64,000 bases of DNA, taken from NCBI RefSeq assembly GCF_036321535.1, contig NC_087451.1, positions 42,718,001 to 42,782,000 on the forward strand, written 5' to 3'. A model generated the notes under the pieces. That model searched no databases. It saw only the letters and a program-made list of their open reading frames with translations, and was not told the origin of the DNA. This document shows, piece by piece, positions 1-21,589 of this stretch (the stretch's first letter is position 1; every line of letters starts with the position of its first letter). This stretch comes from Camelus dromedarius. Taxonomy: Eukaryota. The position numbers and the translations under genes are program-made.

Positions 1-1334
<1,334 letters not shown>

Positions 1335-1675
1335 ATTCCGAACAGAAGCCATGTGTCTCACCCACACCAGGGCCCACCATGGAGACTGTGCTCTAAGAAT
1401 CTGCTGATCAACACAACTCTGCAAGGAAGACCTCAGCACTGAGGGAGGAGGAGGCCTACGGGGCATGGAGAGTGCTGCTCCATCGTAGGGAAGAGCCAAA
1501 CATGTGGCTGTGTGTAACAGGTGTAAATTCTGCAGCCCACCATCCTCACCCCTGCCAACTCCCCAGCCGAGAGTCAACCACTAAGCAATCCCACCCGAGC
1601 CCAGATGCTTCTAGAGGACACACTCCCAGCTGGGCAGGAGGAAGGGGTGTTCTCACACCAGAATTAGTAGCAGTC

Positions 1676-1681
1676 AATAAA
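1676..1681 (+). terminator. Probable WNK4 polyadenylation signal AATAAA
   Basis: First AATAAA downstream of the WNK4 stop codon, about 340 nt into the 3'UTR. Confidence 0.65.
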
Positions 1682-2234
1682 AATGCCGGAACCTTGAACC
1701 CAGTGAATTTGTATGTCGGGCCTCAGGAACTGGGAGCAAAGCCTTGTGGGTGAGTCAGGGGAGGATTTAGAAGGGACTCTCCCCTCTTACAATGGGAGGC
1801 AGGGGTGGAACCCAGCCTTCTGGCTTCCTGCCAACAGTTCAAGAGGAAACTGCAAGATCAGTGACCCACCTGGCCCCACCTCACGCGTCCACAAGCAGGC
1901 CCCAGTAGAAGTTAAAGGAATGAAAGCTGCTTGCCCCTCATCCCTCACCTACCTCTCTCAAGACGGGAAAAGGCAGTGAAGTTGGAGTAGTGCATTCTTG
2001 AGGGTAGACAAGAGTGACCTTCCTTCCCCCAAGACCTGGTTCAGTCTCAAACAGCCGTGACCCACCATGATCTCTCCCTTAAATCAGGTGGAAAGATTGC
2101 ACGGAAAAAGTAATTCTAGTTAAACATTTACAGCTCCCTGGGGCAATGCCACAGCTGCAGCTACTGCCTGTGGAGCTTTCCAGCATGAAGTGTCAGCCCA
2201 ACACACTCACTGAACTCCAAGAGAGATGACTCAG

Positions 2235-2240
2235 TTTATT
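2235..2240 (-). terminator. Probable COA3 polyadenylation signal (AATAAA on the minus strand)
   Basis: TTTATT on the + strand, about 430 nt downstream of the COA3 stop codon. Confidence 0.55.
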
Positions 2241-2670
2241 ATTCTCAACCTGACCCCATCTTCCCCACTTTAGGCTCCAACCCTGCACAGAGCTGCCACA
2301 CCCACCCCCATAACAGCCCACCTCTTATTCTCCACCCTCCCAGCCAGCCCCTGGGAAGAGAAGGGGATAAACCACAAAGTCAGAAAGCTTGCGAAAGGCC
2401 AAGGTCAGATACCTCAAACAAGGAAACAAACTACAAGGAGTCAGTGGCTGCATACTGTGAGTGCACACACAGTGAGTGCGAGGTGGGCATGTTCCCTTGA
2501 CAATAGACAAATGCACAAACCCCTGGCTACTTGGGCCTGGCTACATTGTCCAAGGTTAGTAAGAAGGCCAGCAATGCTGTGTGCAGGCCTCAGTTTTTAC
2601 AGGGTCATGGGGCACCATCCATCAGGTGAAGAGGCTCCAGCAGGTTGGAGATGCGCAATGCCCATCTGGA

Positions 2671-3481
2671 TCAGTGTCCTGATGCCCTTTCCAGAGCTCG
2701 GGCTCGAGCAGCTTTGGCCTCATCCTCCAGCTCATCTAAAAAACGCTCCTGGGACACCGAGTAGAAGGTGTAACCATCTGGGGAGGTGGGTTCAGGAAAC
2801 CATGTGGAATACACACATTCCCTTTTCCCAGACTTGCTTAACCACCCTTGTTGATCTCTCATCCTCAGTGATTCCATCTTCTGCCCTCTGCTGTTCTGAT
2901 TCCGTTATCATTAATACATTATATTAAAAGAGCTCCTTTAAAGGGGGAGGATATACAGCTCAGTGGTAGAGTGCACGCTTAGCATGCACGAGGTCCTAGG
3001 TTCAATTCCCAGTACCTCCATCAAAAATAAATAAATAAACCTACTTACCTTCCCACCCCAAAGAAATTTTTAAAAAAAAATTTTTTAAGAGCACCTTTAA
3101 AATGACAAAGTAAGATACCCTAAACTCTTGGCTCAGCGTTAGAAGTAGCCAAGACTTTCACAGCTCCGGCTCTTTCTACCACCCCCGCACTGCCCTCCTA
3201 CACGCCTCTGCTCCCCTCCCCCTGCCCCCATACGCTGTCTCCCTGAGTCTATAGTCCAGACGGATACAAATTGCTAACACCACGGCCCCAATGCCTAGGC
3301 CGGTCAAGAGGTTCCGGGTTCGCCGCTGCGGCAGCGTCTTCTGCCACTGGGCGAGCTGCACCTGCCGCATAAATTGCAGTTGCGCTGGAGTCAGCTTCTC
3401 CCGAGTCGGGTCGATGCGCTGAGCCATAGGGGCCTTTCCACTCTTAGCTTCCAGAGGGTCTCCAGCTCCCGGCGCCGCCAT
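2671..3481 (-). CDS. COA3: Cytochrome c oxidase assembly factor 3 (CCDC56), 106 aa, 2 coding exons
   Basis: Exons 3481-3268 (214 nt) and 2777-2671 (107 nt) total 321 nt. Protein [13 protein letters not shown]...[55 protein letters not shown], with a single TM segment. Confidence 0.96.
2943..3086 (+). mobile_element. tRNA-derived SINE (camelid-type) in the COA3 intron
   Basis: A-box CAGCTCAGTGGTAGAG, B-box GGTTCAATTCCC and A-rich tail. 15-bp TSD AAGAGCTCCTTTAAA (2928-2942) / AAGAGCACCTTTAAA (3087-3101). Confidence 0.88.
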
Positions 3482-3860
3482 GTTACCGCTCCGCTCTTCG
3501 CAGCTCCCGAGGCGCGGAGCTTAGTGGGAATAGTAGTCCTTGGCTGACGCAGGGGACGCTGGGAGATGTAGTCCGCGTTTCCTTTCCCGAAGCGTGTGAC
3601 TCCTGGCCGTAGGGGAAGGGCGGGGCAGGCAGGAAGAGGCCGTGCTTTCTGATTGGCTGAGGGGTCGGTGGCCGTTGGGGCGGTAAAAGGCTGCGGAAGG
3701 CTGGAGGTTGTGGTAGTTAATTGGGTTTTCCTCAGACTTGAGGCGAGAACCAGCATACGGAAGGACGGAGAATCCAGGGTGTGGCAGTCTGAAGAGAAAC
3801 TAAGGGGGTCGGTTTATGGGTTCAGTGAGCTGTCCGGGTGCCCAAAAAGCGTTCTGAAAA
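3480..3860. promoter_or_regulatory. CpG-island bidirectional promoter of COA3 and CNTD1
   Basis: Head-to-head ATGs about 380 bp apart. Two ACTACAnnTCCCA-type ZNF143/THAP11 motifs (3525-3538, 3560-3573), a GC box GGGCGGGG, a CCAAT box (GATTGG, about 3651) and high CpG density. Confidence 0.8.
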
Positions 3861-6800
3861 TGGACCGACCTGTGAGGCCAAGGTTGGCTTCTCACAGTGA
3901 CTTTCAGTTTGGAGCTGTTGCCACAGAGACAATCGAAGACGCTCTGCTCCACTTGGCCCAGCAGAATGAACAGGCCGTGCAGGAGGCTGCGAGCCGGATG
4001 GGCAGCTTCAGGGAGACCCGGATCGTGGGTGGGGACACAGGCCAGGGAGCTGGGTTTATGGGAGACTGGGCATCTGTCTTTGAGGCGCCGACTTTGAGAT
4101 TCAGTGTACTTTACTCTTTCAAATAAGTTTCGTTAGTACCTACTGTATGCTAGGTGCTAGGGGTACAATGATGAGCAAGACTCGCCAGCACCCTACCCTT
4201 GATTTCAATACGTTATTCTTCCTGCTTCCTGGGATAGAAAGATGGAAGAAAATCTAGTCTCCACTTTCAAACCATGTATATAATCTTTGGAGGATATTAG
4301 GACAAATCTGCAAATGACTGGATACAAGTATAGTTATTTAAGTGACATACCAGATAAAATAAGCTTTTATGGGGATAGAAAGGAGTGAAGAGAGAGGTGG
4401 GGGTAGGATGAATTAAAGGAGTCCTCCAGGCATCGTGTTACTTGAGGTAGACCTTAAAGGAAGGATGACATTTTAGTTGAAGTTGGTAGGCAGGGACCGT
4501 GTTTCTACTAAAAGGGGATAACATGAGTCAAGCCATCAGAATAGAGACACTTCAGGTGAATGTGGATACCATGTCATCCAGGTTGGCTAGAGTATATGGC
4601 AGAGTAGTTGAAAGTACCAGAAAGGTAGTTTGGAGAAATTCCATGTGGAACTTTGAATGCCAGGATAATAGGAAAACAAGAAGGCATTGAAGGTTCTTCA
4701 TATGGGAGTGATATAGCTGTAACCTTTGCCTTAGAAAAAGTATTTTGGCTGGGGGAGGGTATAGCTCAAGNNNNNNNNNNNNNNNNNNNNNNNNNNNNNN
4801 NNNNNNNNNNNNNNNNNNNNNNNNNNNNNNNNNNNNNNNNNNNNNNNNNNNNNNNNNNNNNNNNNNNNNNNNNNNNNNNNNNNNNNNNNNNNNNNNNNNN
4901 NNNNNNNNNNNNNTTGGAGTAAAGAGAGATGGGAGATAGGAAGACCGATGGAGTCTTTGTCAGTAGTTCAGGTGATAGGGCAGAGAGAATGACATGGGAG
5001 GATGGATTCAAAACATTTCAGAAGTAAAATCTAGGGTTCTGCAATGCATGAATTTAAGAAGTGAAGAAGGCAAAGATGACTACCAAAGGTTGAGTCTAGG
5101 AATATATTGGCGCCATAAAGAGAAACAGAGACATACATTAAAAAAAATAAAACAGGAGGAAAAATGACTTGTTTGGGAAAGAAAATAGCTTTGGTTTTGG
5201 ATCTACTGAGTTTCGGGTGCTTGTAGAACATTAAGAGGAAGGTACGTTTCTAGCACGCTGTTTAAAAAGTAAATCAGAAGAGAGGTCAGAACTAGAGATA
5301 AGGGTTTGGGAGTTGTCTCCATCATGATACTGTTGAAACTGTGGCAGAGGATGAGCTCTTAGAGGGAGAGAAGAGAAACAGGTCAGGTACAGTTCCTTGG
5401 GAAACATTTTGTGTTCAGGAAAGCAGAGTAAGAAGAAGAGTCATGAAGGAAATAAATGGAATGGTTGGGGAGATAGGAACAGAACTTTAAAAGCCAAGAG
5501 GAGAGTTTCATGAAGATGATTGGCCAGCAGTTTCAGATGCTTCAGGGATATGAACAACAGGAATGAGGCTTACAAAAGTGCCATGATATTTAACAATTTT
5601 GATGTATTTTCTGACCTTTGAGACAATCATTTCAGCAAGTTGGGAAAAGTAGAAGCCAAACTGCAGAACATTAGGGAGTGACTGATGAAGTGGAAGCAGC
5701 GGATGTAAGCTAGGCTTTCAAGAAATTTAATAGATGGAAAGCTGGAGAGATAGAGCCCTAGCATAAGAGAATAGAGGAGAATCTTTTAGTTAATAGATCT
5801 GAATATATTTGTAAGTATAGGAGGTGGAGCCAACAGTAAGAGAGAAGTGTAACTCTCATCCATTCCACCTAACTCAAACGTTGGCAGTTTAAAATGGAAA
5901 ATAGAAATAATTGCCCAGATAATTCAGATCAAAAGCAAAATCAAACCAAACACACAAATGAAACAAAGAAACAAAACCTAAACTCCAGCAAACAATACTG
6001 GCTAATAACAAACAATTATGTGTTCTAGGATACTTTGCTTAATTGCTTAAAAACTCTTCTTCACTGGACACTGCTAGCATAACTTCAGCCTCTGTAACGA
6101 TAAGGTTTTGTACATATATCTACATGTAATGTGTGTCGAGTAGATTGTTAAACTGTCGGGTGCTTGCTTAAATTTTGCAGGTAGTTTTTTTCCCCAAGTC
6201 AAATTTTCTCTGAAGATACATGGTAATTCGGCTATATGTAATTCTTTGTGGATTAAAGCTTAAAGTTCCTAGTTCTGTAGGAGCTTTGAGAACTAACATT
6301 TATCCTTGTTTCCACCCCCTAATGATATTGCTAACTAAATAGAATTCTATCTGGGGCTGTTCTTTCAAAGAGAAACACAGGCAGCCTAAAATCTTGCCAA
6401 GGCATCTTACCCTTCCCACCTGACCAGTGATTTCCCCTCCCCTGCTGCCCAAGTTGGGCTCTGTTCCCTGATTTAAGGGATTTTTTTTCCAAACAAGCCA
6501 CTTCACAGTAATGAACTTGCTCCTGGGGAGAGGCTCAGCTACCATAGATTTACCAAACAAACTGGTGGTGGAGAGGTGGTGTCCAGCTGTAAGGTGAATC
6601 GTGTTTGTAAAGCAATGGGAGTTCTCCAGAGGGTGGTTACTAAGCAAACAGTGTTATAAAGACTATCGAAGTTCCAGGAGGGACCTTTCTGCTCCTGTCA
6701 ACAATCCACTGAAAACAGAATATAGGGGTTAGGGTTTTTATCCAACCAAAAATCTTCCTTGAAGCTGGGGGTTCCCAGCATGGTGTAGAGGCCAGCTAGA

Positions 6801-7745
6801 CTAGCTGATGTGTTTACATGCAGCTGGCCAAGTCTTTTATCAGCTGAGACCCACAGGAAGGCTCAAGGGACACTGAGGGGGCTTAGTAAGCCTTTGTCTT
6901 TGCATTCAGCCAGCCTCCTTTTCAGGCCTCTCATCTGCCTATGGGCAGTGAAGGGAAGAGCAGGCTTAGCTTGAGTTGTTTCAGTTTCATCTTTCTCACC
7001 TCCTGACCCTTTTCCCTTAGCCCCATCATGGCTTTTACACAATGCCAAGACTTCACAGAGTGGTTTTGGTTGCACCTTGTGAATTAGGCTCTTCTTTCCT
7101 ATTTTGGCAGAGTTTGTTTTTCTCCTGTCTGAACAATGGTGTCTGGAGAAATCTGTGGGCTACCAGGCTGTAGAAATCCTAGAAAGGTAAAGCCCTGAAC
7201 ATACGGCCTTTGTGAGGGGTACCTCTCAGAATGGCTAATGTAATCTTAAAAATATATAAACTAGCTGCCTCTTACCATGAGACCTGGTTTGCACCCTCTT
7301 TTATTTGCAAATGTAAATTTTTTAAGCGAGCTATTGACATTGGAGAGGATAAGATGTAGCATACTTTGAAGCACAAACTCCGTTTAGTTTGAGCGAGTGT
7401 GGATTGTTTCCTCTCCCCTTTCCCTTTTTTATAGGTTTATGGTTAAGCAGGCAGAGAACATTTGCAGGCAAGCTGCAATCCAGCTGAGAGATAAGACAGA
7501 GCCTCAGAACTGGAGGGCCCTGAAAGAGCAGCTTTTCAACAAGTTTATCCTGCGTCTTGTGTCATGTGTTCAGCTGGCGAGCAAACTTTCCTTCCACTAC
7601 AAAGTAAGGAGTGGGGTCACTCATGGGCATCTGAGTGTTAGAAAGAAACCAGCTCATCCAAAGATGGCTATGAGAAACCTAGGCTAGGTGAGAATACTCA
7701 TGCGGAAGTTCCAGAGTGTAATTGTGCTTCCTAAGCATACCTCCT

Positions 7746-7776
<31 letters not shown>

Positions 7777-10700
7777 CACACACAGGCAGTTATTAAATAG
7801 CCTGAGGTTCTGTTCCCAAAGTATAATTAATTGCTGGACAGATGCCATCATTCATACAGGTCACCTTTTCTCCTCTTGGACCCAAGGACAGTTTACATAA
7901 GGTGCCTGAATTGCCAACATAGCTATCAGTATTAAAGGAAAACTATTACATTTATAAAGGATAAAATGTTTCCACATGACTATGCAATGTCTGTAAAGTA
8001 TCATTGACTCAACAAATATTTATTGTCTTCTATGGCCAGATGTTGCACTAGATGCCTTGGTTACAAGAGTAAAAATATTGTCTGTGCTCTCAAGGAATTT
8101 ATTATCTAACGAGAGAAGACAAAGGTGAATAACGTCAGAAAGTGCTCTGATCAGTATAAATACAGAGGGTTATGAATGTACCTCATGAGCCTTGGAGAAG
8201 CAAGGAAGTGTATGTAGAGAAAATGACTTCTTGAAGGGGAGATGGGTGAATCCTTAGGGAAGGGGGAGAAGAGGTAAGGAAAGCAGAGGGAACTGTGGGG
8301 GGAAGGGGAGGGAGATTCAGGTACAGGAAACAGCATGTGGGTTTGGGAACTGCAAGTAATTCTATAGGACAAGTGGAGGGTATAAGGGAGAGTTACCAAG
8401 AGAGAAGGCGAGATAAAGGCATGGGCTAGATTGTGAAGGGCTTTGTATACTATGCCAAGATGTATGACCTCTATTCTGACACTCTGTTCTCCCTTTCATT
8501 CTATGTTGGTTTCCTTTGCTCAGATAATCAGCAACGTTACAGTCCTGAATTTCCTCCAGGCTCTGGGGTATCTACACACCAAAGAAGAACTGCTGGAGTC
8601 AGAGCTTGATGTCTTGAAGTCCCTGAACTTCCAAATCAATCTGCCTACTCCCCTGGCATATGTGGAGATGCTTCTGGAGGTTTTAGGTACTTAATTAAGT
8701 GTGTCAGGCATATGGGTAGGAGTCTTCCATAGAAAACAATAAGAATGTGCCCAGGGATTTGAGGGCAGTGGGCAGAACCTGCCAACGAGGGACAGCAGGA
8801 AGCTGGCAATGACTGAGGAAAGTAGCTCCTTCTAGTATTTCTCAGGGAAAGAAACACAGGTCTCAGCACCTGGGTTTTATTTGGGCTCATTAAACAGTCT
8901 CTTATCACATGATCAAAGAGTTGATTTTATAGAGAGGCATAAGGGGTAACAAACAAATACGCTCTAATTGTATAAATACTGTAGATGGAGGTTTCTCTAC
9001 CTCTCCCTTTGTCCTTTAAAACTGACCTCCAGTGAAAGACATTTCTTACAGTAGAACATAGCAACCAGGAAGCACATTAGCAGCTCAACAGCTTTGTGTC
9101 ACATGACAACTGTGATTTTGATCAGAGATGCACATAATGCTCTTTACCATGCACATACTCCATTTAGGATACAATGGCTGTTTGGTTCCAGTCACACGGC
9201 TGCATGCAACCTGCCTGACCCTGCTCGACCTAGTGTATCTTCTCCATGAACCCGTATATGAGAGCTTGCTGAGGGCTTCAATTGAGAACTCCACACCCAG
9301 TCAGCTGCAAGGGTAAGGCAACTCCTTTAGTATAAGGTCTTTCCAGAAACAGGGAGTCAGGAACATACCAAAAGAACTTGGGGAATGGAATTTACCTAGC
9401 AAGGCACCCAGTCCACAGATAACCTGCATGAATTACCTAGTTCTAATTAACTTCCAATCTGTTGCTTGGATGCAGATGACTGAACCCAATCAGCAAAACC
9501 CTAAAGGCTTTTACTTTTAAATTTAAGTGACTTCAAGTAATTAACATCCTTTCTTTCCTAGTTCTTCTTTTATAGCTGCTTATAATTTGAGATTACTGAA
9601 CTGCTTTTATAGTCACTTAGGAAAAAAAGCCAGTCAACAAGGTTGCAACTTGGACAAAAGTATTTGATTTCTGTGAAGTCAGACTAGTAAAAAGCCTCAT
9701 GGTTACATTTATTAGGGAGACGGAACAACAAAAGGCTCATACACCATTCAGACAGGAGGCTCAAGTTTTAATCCCAGTTGAGTTGGGGGAGGTTGGGAGA
9801 GGGGGTCAATTAGTTATTACTTGACCATTTCCCTCCACATCTAAAAAAATCCACAATGATCAACATAAATAACTCAAAGTTGAAGTATCATGACTCTAGG
9901 ATTTAGATCAAGTTTCATTCTAGTTCCAAAATTAATATGGTTTTAATCACTCAGNNNNNNNNNNNNNNNNNNNNNNNNNNNNNNNNNNNNNNNNNNNNNN
10001 NNNNNNNNNNNNNNNNNNNNNNNNNNNNNNNNNNNNNNNNNNNNNNNNNNNNNNNNNNNNNNNNNNNNNNNNNNNNNNNNNNNNNNNNNNNNNNATAGAA
10101 AGCATTCTCCCATCAGTTAAAGGAAAACAGAAGACAAGTTATAAAAGTGCCAAGACCTAGGATTAGAACAAATGATTAGGATTTGGGAGTGAAAAAAACT
10201 AGGATAGGACTGGATAATGTTCTCCAGTTTTCCCCTTATGAAATTGGAAATGGAGGCCCAAGTTCAGCTTGTTCATTTCCCTTGATGATGATAATCTGCT
10301 AATGTTAAAAGTCCAGTAAGTATATCCTCCCAAATAGAGAAAATGTCAAGACCCAAATATCCCTCTCATATTTCATAAAACTTATCTCCAGCAGAGGGAA
10401 ACGTCTAGCAGAAACTTTCCATGCTGACACTATCAGGGCAAAGGTATCCTAGTGTAATCTGGCCATTGGCAAACACTGGGATCTGGATTTAATCTTCTCT
10501 GTAAATTCAGAGAAACAGAAAAATTTACATTTGGCTTGAGAGAACAGCCCCGGGGCTGTCTGTGTCTATTTGTACACTAACACATGTTTATTCAGTAATA
10601 AGAAATCTGTCTCTATTTCTGAAGGTTGTGGGGCATTTGCAGAGCATCACTGGCATTGCTGTGGAAAGCATTGCTGAGTTCTCTTACACAATCCTGACTC

Positions 10701-10795
10701 ACAGCGTGGGAGCCAACACTCCAGGCCGACAGCAGCCTATTCCTCCCCACCTGGGGGCCCGAGCTCTGAGGGCTGCAACTTCCTCCAACACGTGA
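3860..10795 (+). CDS. CNTD1: Cyclin N-terminal domain-containing protein 1 (meiotic crossover factor, COSA-1 orthologue), about 329 aa, 7 exons
   Basis: Exons 3860-4028, 7111-7186, 7435-7603, 8524-8686, 9168-9312, [exon 6 not visible, expected in the N-gap 9955-10094] and 10625-10795. Peptides DFQFGAVATETIEDALLHLAQQNEQ, QWCLEKSVGYQAVEILERF, ELLESELDVLKSLNFQINLPTPLAYVE and the C-terminus ALRAATSSNT*. Phase requires a missing exon of 3n+1 nt. Confidence 0.93.
4751..4913 (+). mobile_element. tRNA-derived SINE head running into an N-gap
   Basis: GGGGGAGGGTATAGCTCAAG followed directly by 143 N, about the length of the other copies. Confidence 0.6.
4914..5830 (+). mobile_element. Degenerate LINE-2-like fragment(s) in CNTD1 intron 1
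   Basis: Purine-rich decayed sequence with L2-like motifs (GTTTTGGATCTACTGAGTTT, GAGATAAGGGTTTGGGAGTTGTC). Family assigned by recall only. Confidence 0.4.
7746..7783 (+). repeat. (CA)n microsatellite
   Basis: Direct reading of the CA tandem repeat. Confidence 0.9.
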
Positions 10796-11434
10796 GGCAG
10801 GTGCAATCCAAGTATAAACAGCCTTCCGTCACTGCACCCAAACCTCCCTTTGTTTACTTTCATACTCAGGGTACAAAATCTTCAAGTGTATTTTGAGCTA
10901 TGTTGTATATTCCAACTGCATGCTTATTCTTCTGTATCAGAGAAAGATTTAAGGTGGACAAGCCTGCCCTTCTTGTCGTATCAGACTGAAAATGTCAAAG
11001 AGCTGGGAGGAGATAGAATATCAGTGAAATTAGTTTATTTTTGTTTAACAAGATATTTATGGCTTTTCTTTAACTGTTCATTTTATTACGAGAGAACATC
11101 AGAAATGGAATTTAGTATAAACCAGGGGCTCAAAAACTGAGACCATCTGAGTGACGCTGACTGAGCATCAAGGAGGTAGCCTTTATTTTCCCTTAGAGTT
11201 AGTTTAACATTTCTGTTCTTTTACTGAGATCTACACAAATAGGGCTTTCTCTACAGCTGTCTATTTTTCTATTAGAGTCTTAAAAAAACAAAACCCCATC
11301 TCTAAACATGTTTCAGCAGACTTTCCACATACCTGCACTTGAACTCAATTCTCCCAGGATACAAAGTACTCTATTTTAGTTAAAGAAAAACCCAACAGTG
11401 CACCTCTGGGCAGTTATCAGACTTCAGTAAATCT

Positions 11435-11440
11435 TTTATT
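11435..11440 (-). terminator. Probable BECN1 polyadenylation signal
   Basis: TTTATT on the + strand about 600 nt downstream of the BECN1 stop. Further copies at 11182 and 11034. Confidence 0.55.
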
Positions 11441-12038
11441 ACAAATAATTAAATCTTTCCATAATGTCTCAAACAGTATCAAACATTGTTTCATATCTCT
11501 AACACAGAGCAGAGTAAGCATTCAGTACTAGAACCGAGTGAGAAGTGTTAAATTTCAAGCTTCTGATCACATCACAAGGTGACCAAAGCTTATATGTCAT
11601 TTTCTCACATTATCCAACTGCATCTCACACATATCGTTGTCTCAGTGGAGACAGAAGTTTCTATTTCATATTTTAAGTGCAGGAAGTTGAGAGATAAAAT
11701 CCAGTGAAAACACATCAATCTCAATTCAACTCAGTTTTTTAAAAAAAGCAAACTTAAATTAGTTGTTTTGAGGGGACAGAAGGAAAGGAAGGCATTGGGT
11801 TAATAGTCAAAACTATGACAAAGGCTGGTCGCTATACATGGCATGTTGTAGCTCTGCACACTATATGTCATATGATATTTCAAAATAAAGTGGCTTTTGT
11901 GGATTTTTTTTTTTTTTGGTATTGTAAACATGTGCTGCTTAATAGTACCCGAATTTAATTTAAAACTTTTTTTTTTTTGCAAACAAAACAAAATAAAGCC
12001 TTAAGGCAAACAGCCCCCTAAGGAAAAAAGAAAGTCAG

Positions 12039-20823
<8,785 letters not shown>

Positions 20824-21070
20824 TCAGGAGAATCGGCGCCCTTGAATCCCCCGGTCCTAGGCTACAACCTGCCTTGCTGTTGTGGTGGAGGGGTAAAATC
20901 CCGCCCCGCGCCATTCCCCGTAGGAGCGGTAGGACACCAACCGGACCTGCTTCCAGGGCAGCCCCGGCAAAGGCAGTTTACAGCCCAAAGTGAGGGAGGG
21001 TCTGCAATAGAGGCCGTCAGAGTTCCCAGATTCCCTTCTAAGGTCGCGTTCAGCCCCTGACGCTCTTTAC

Positions 21071-21400
21071 CTCGGGACCCGAACCCCGCCACACTGGTCC
21101 GGTCTACCGCGGGGGCATCGTGGCCTCGGGTCTACCCGGGAGCGGGGCCTCCAAAACTGCCATCTCCCAGCCTTCAGCTACTTCCCGGTCTGCCAGCGGG
21201 ACTTCCGCCGGGACCGGACGTGACGTCATGACGGCTGCAGCTGCTCTCGGGGTGGGTCATGGTCCACCCGCTTCCGCCCGGCTGCGGCCTCTAGAGGCTG
21301 AGCTGGGAAACGCGGCAGGCGTGGGCCAGTGGACTGGCGTTGCGGCGGGAAGTGGAACCTCCGAGTTGGGTGGAAATCTGGAGATTCTGCTGTTTTCTAA
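21071..21400 (-). promoter_or_regulatory. BECN1: BECN1 non-coding exon 1 and CpG-island promoter
   Basis: Donor CCCGAG/GTAAAG at 21071, spliced to acceptor CAG/GG-ATG at 20798. Perfect CRE palindrome TGACGTCA at 21221-21228, ETS motif ACTTCCG at 21201 and CpG-rich sequence from 20820 to 21400. Confidence 0.75.
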
Positions 21401-21589
21401 CTTAATGACTTTTCTTCAGATTTGTCTCTTCTGAGCGGAGCCGCTTTAGCTATTCAGTACGGTGTTTAACTATTCACCTTGGGAGAGCTGGGCTGTCTTT
21501 CAGACGCCCGAGAGTGTGGTAGACATACTTGGAGGGGAAAGTGAGGAGGTAAACTTTATTGTATTTCATTTTATGTTTTAAAGTTTCAG

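Noticed and set aside
2943-3020. tRNA-like sequences (also at the other SINE copies)
   Set aside because: They have A/B boxes but no complete cloverleaf, and they carry poly(A) tails and TSDs, so they are SINEs rather than tRNA genes.
3653-3859. 69-codon in-frame N-terminal extension of CNTD1
   Set aside because: It begins at TTG inside the promoter and shows no recognisable homology. ATG 3860 matches the known N-terminus.
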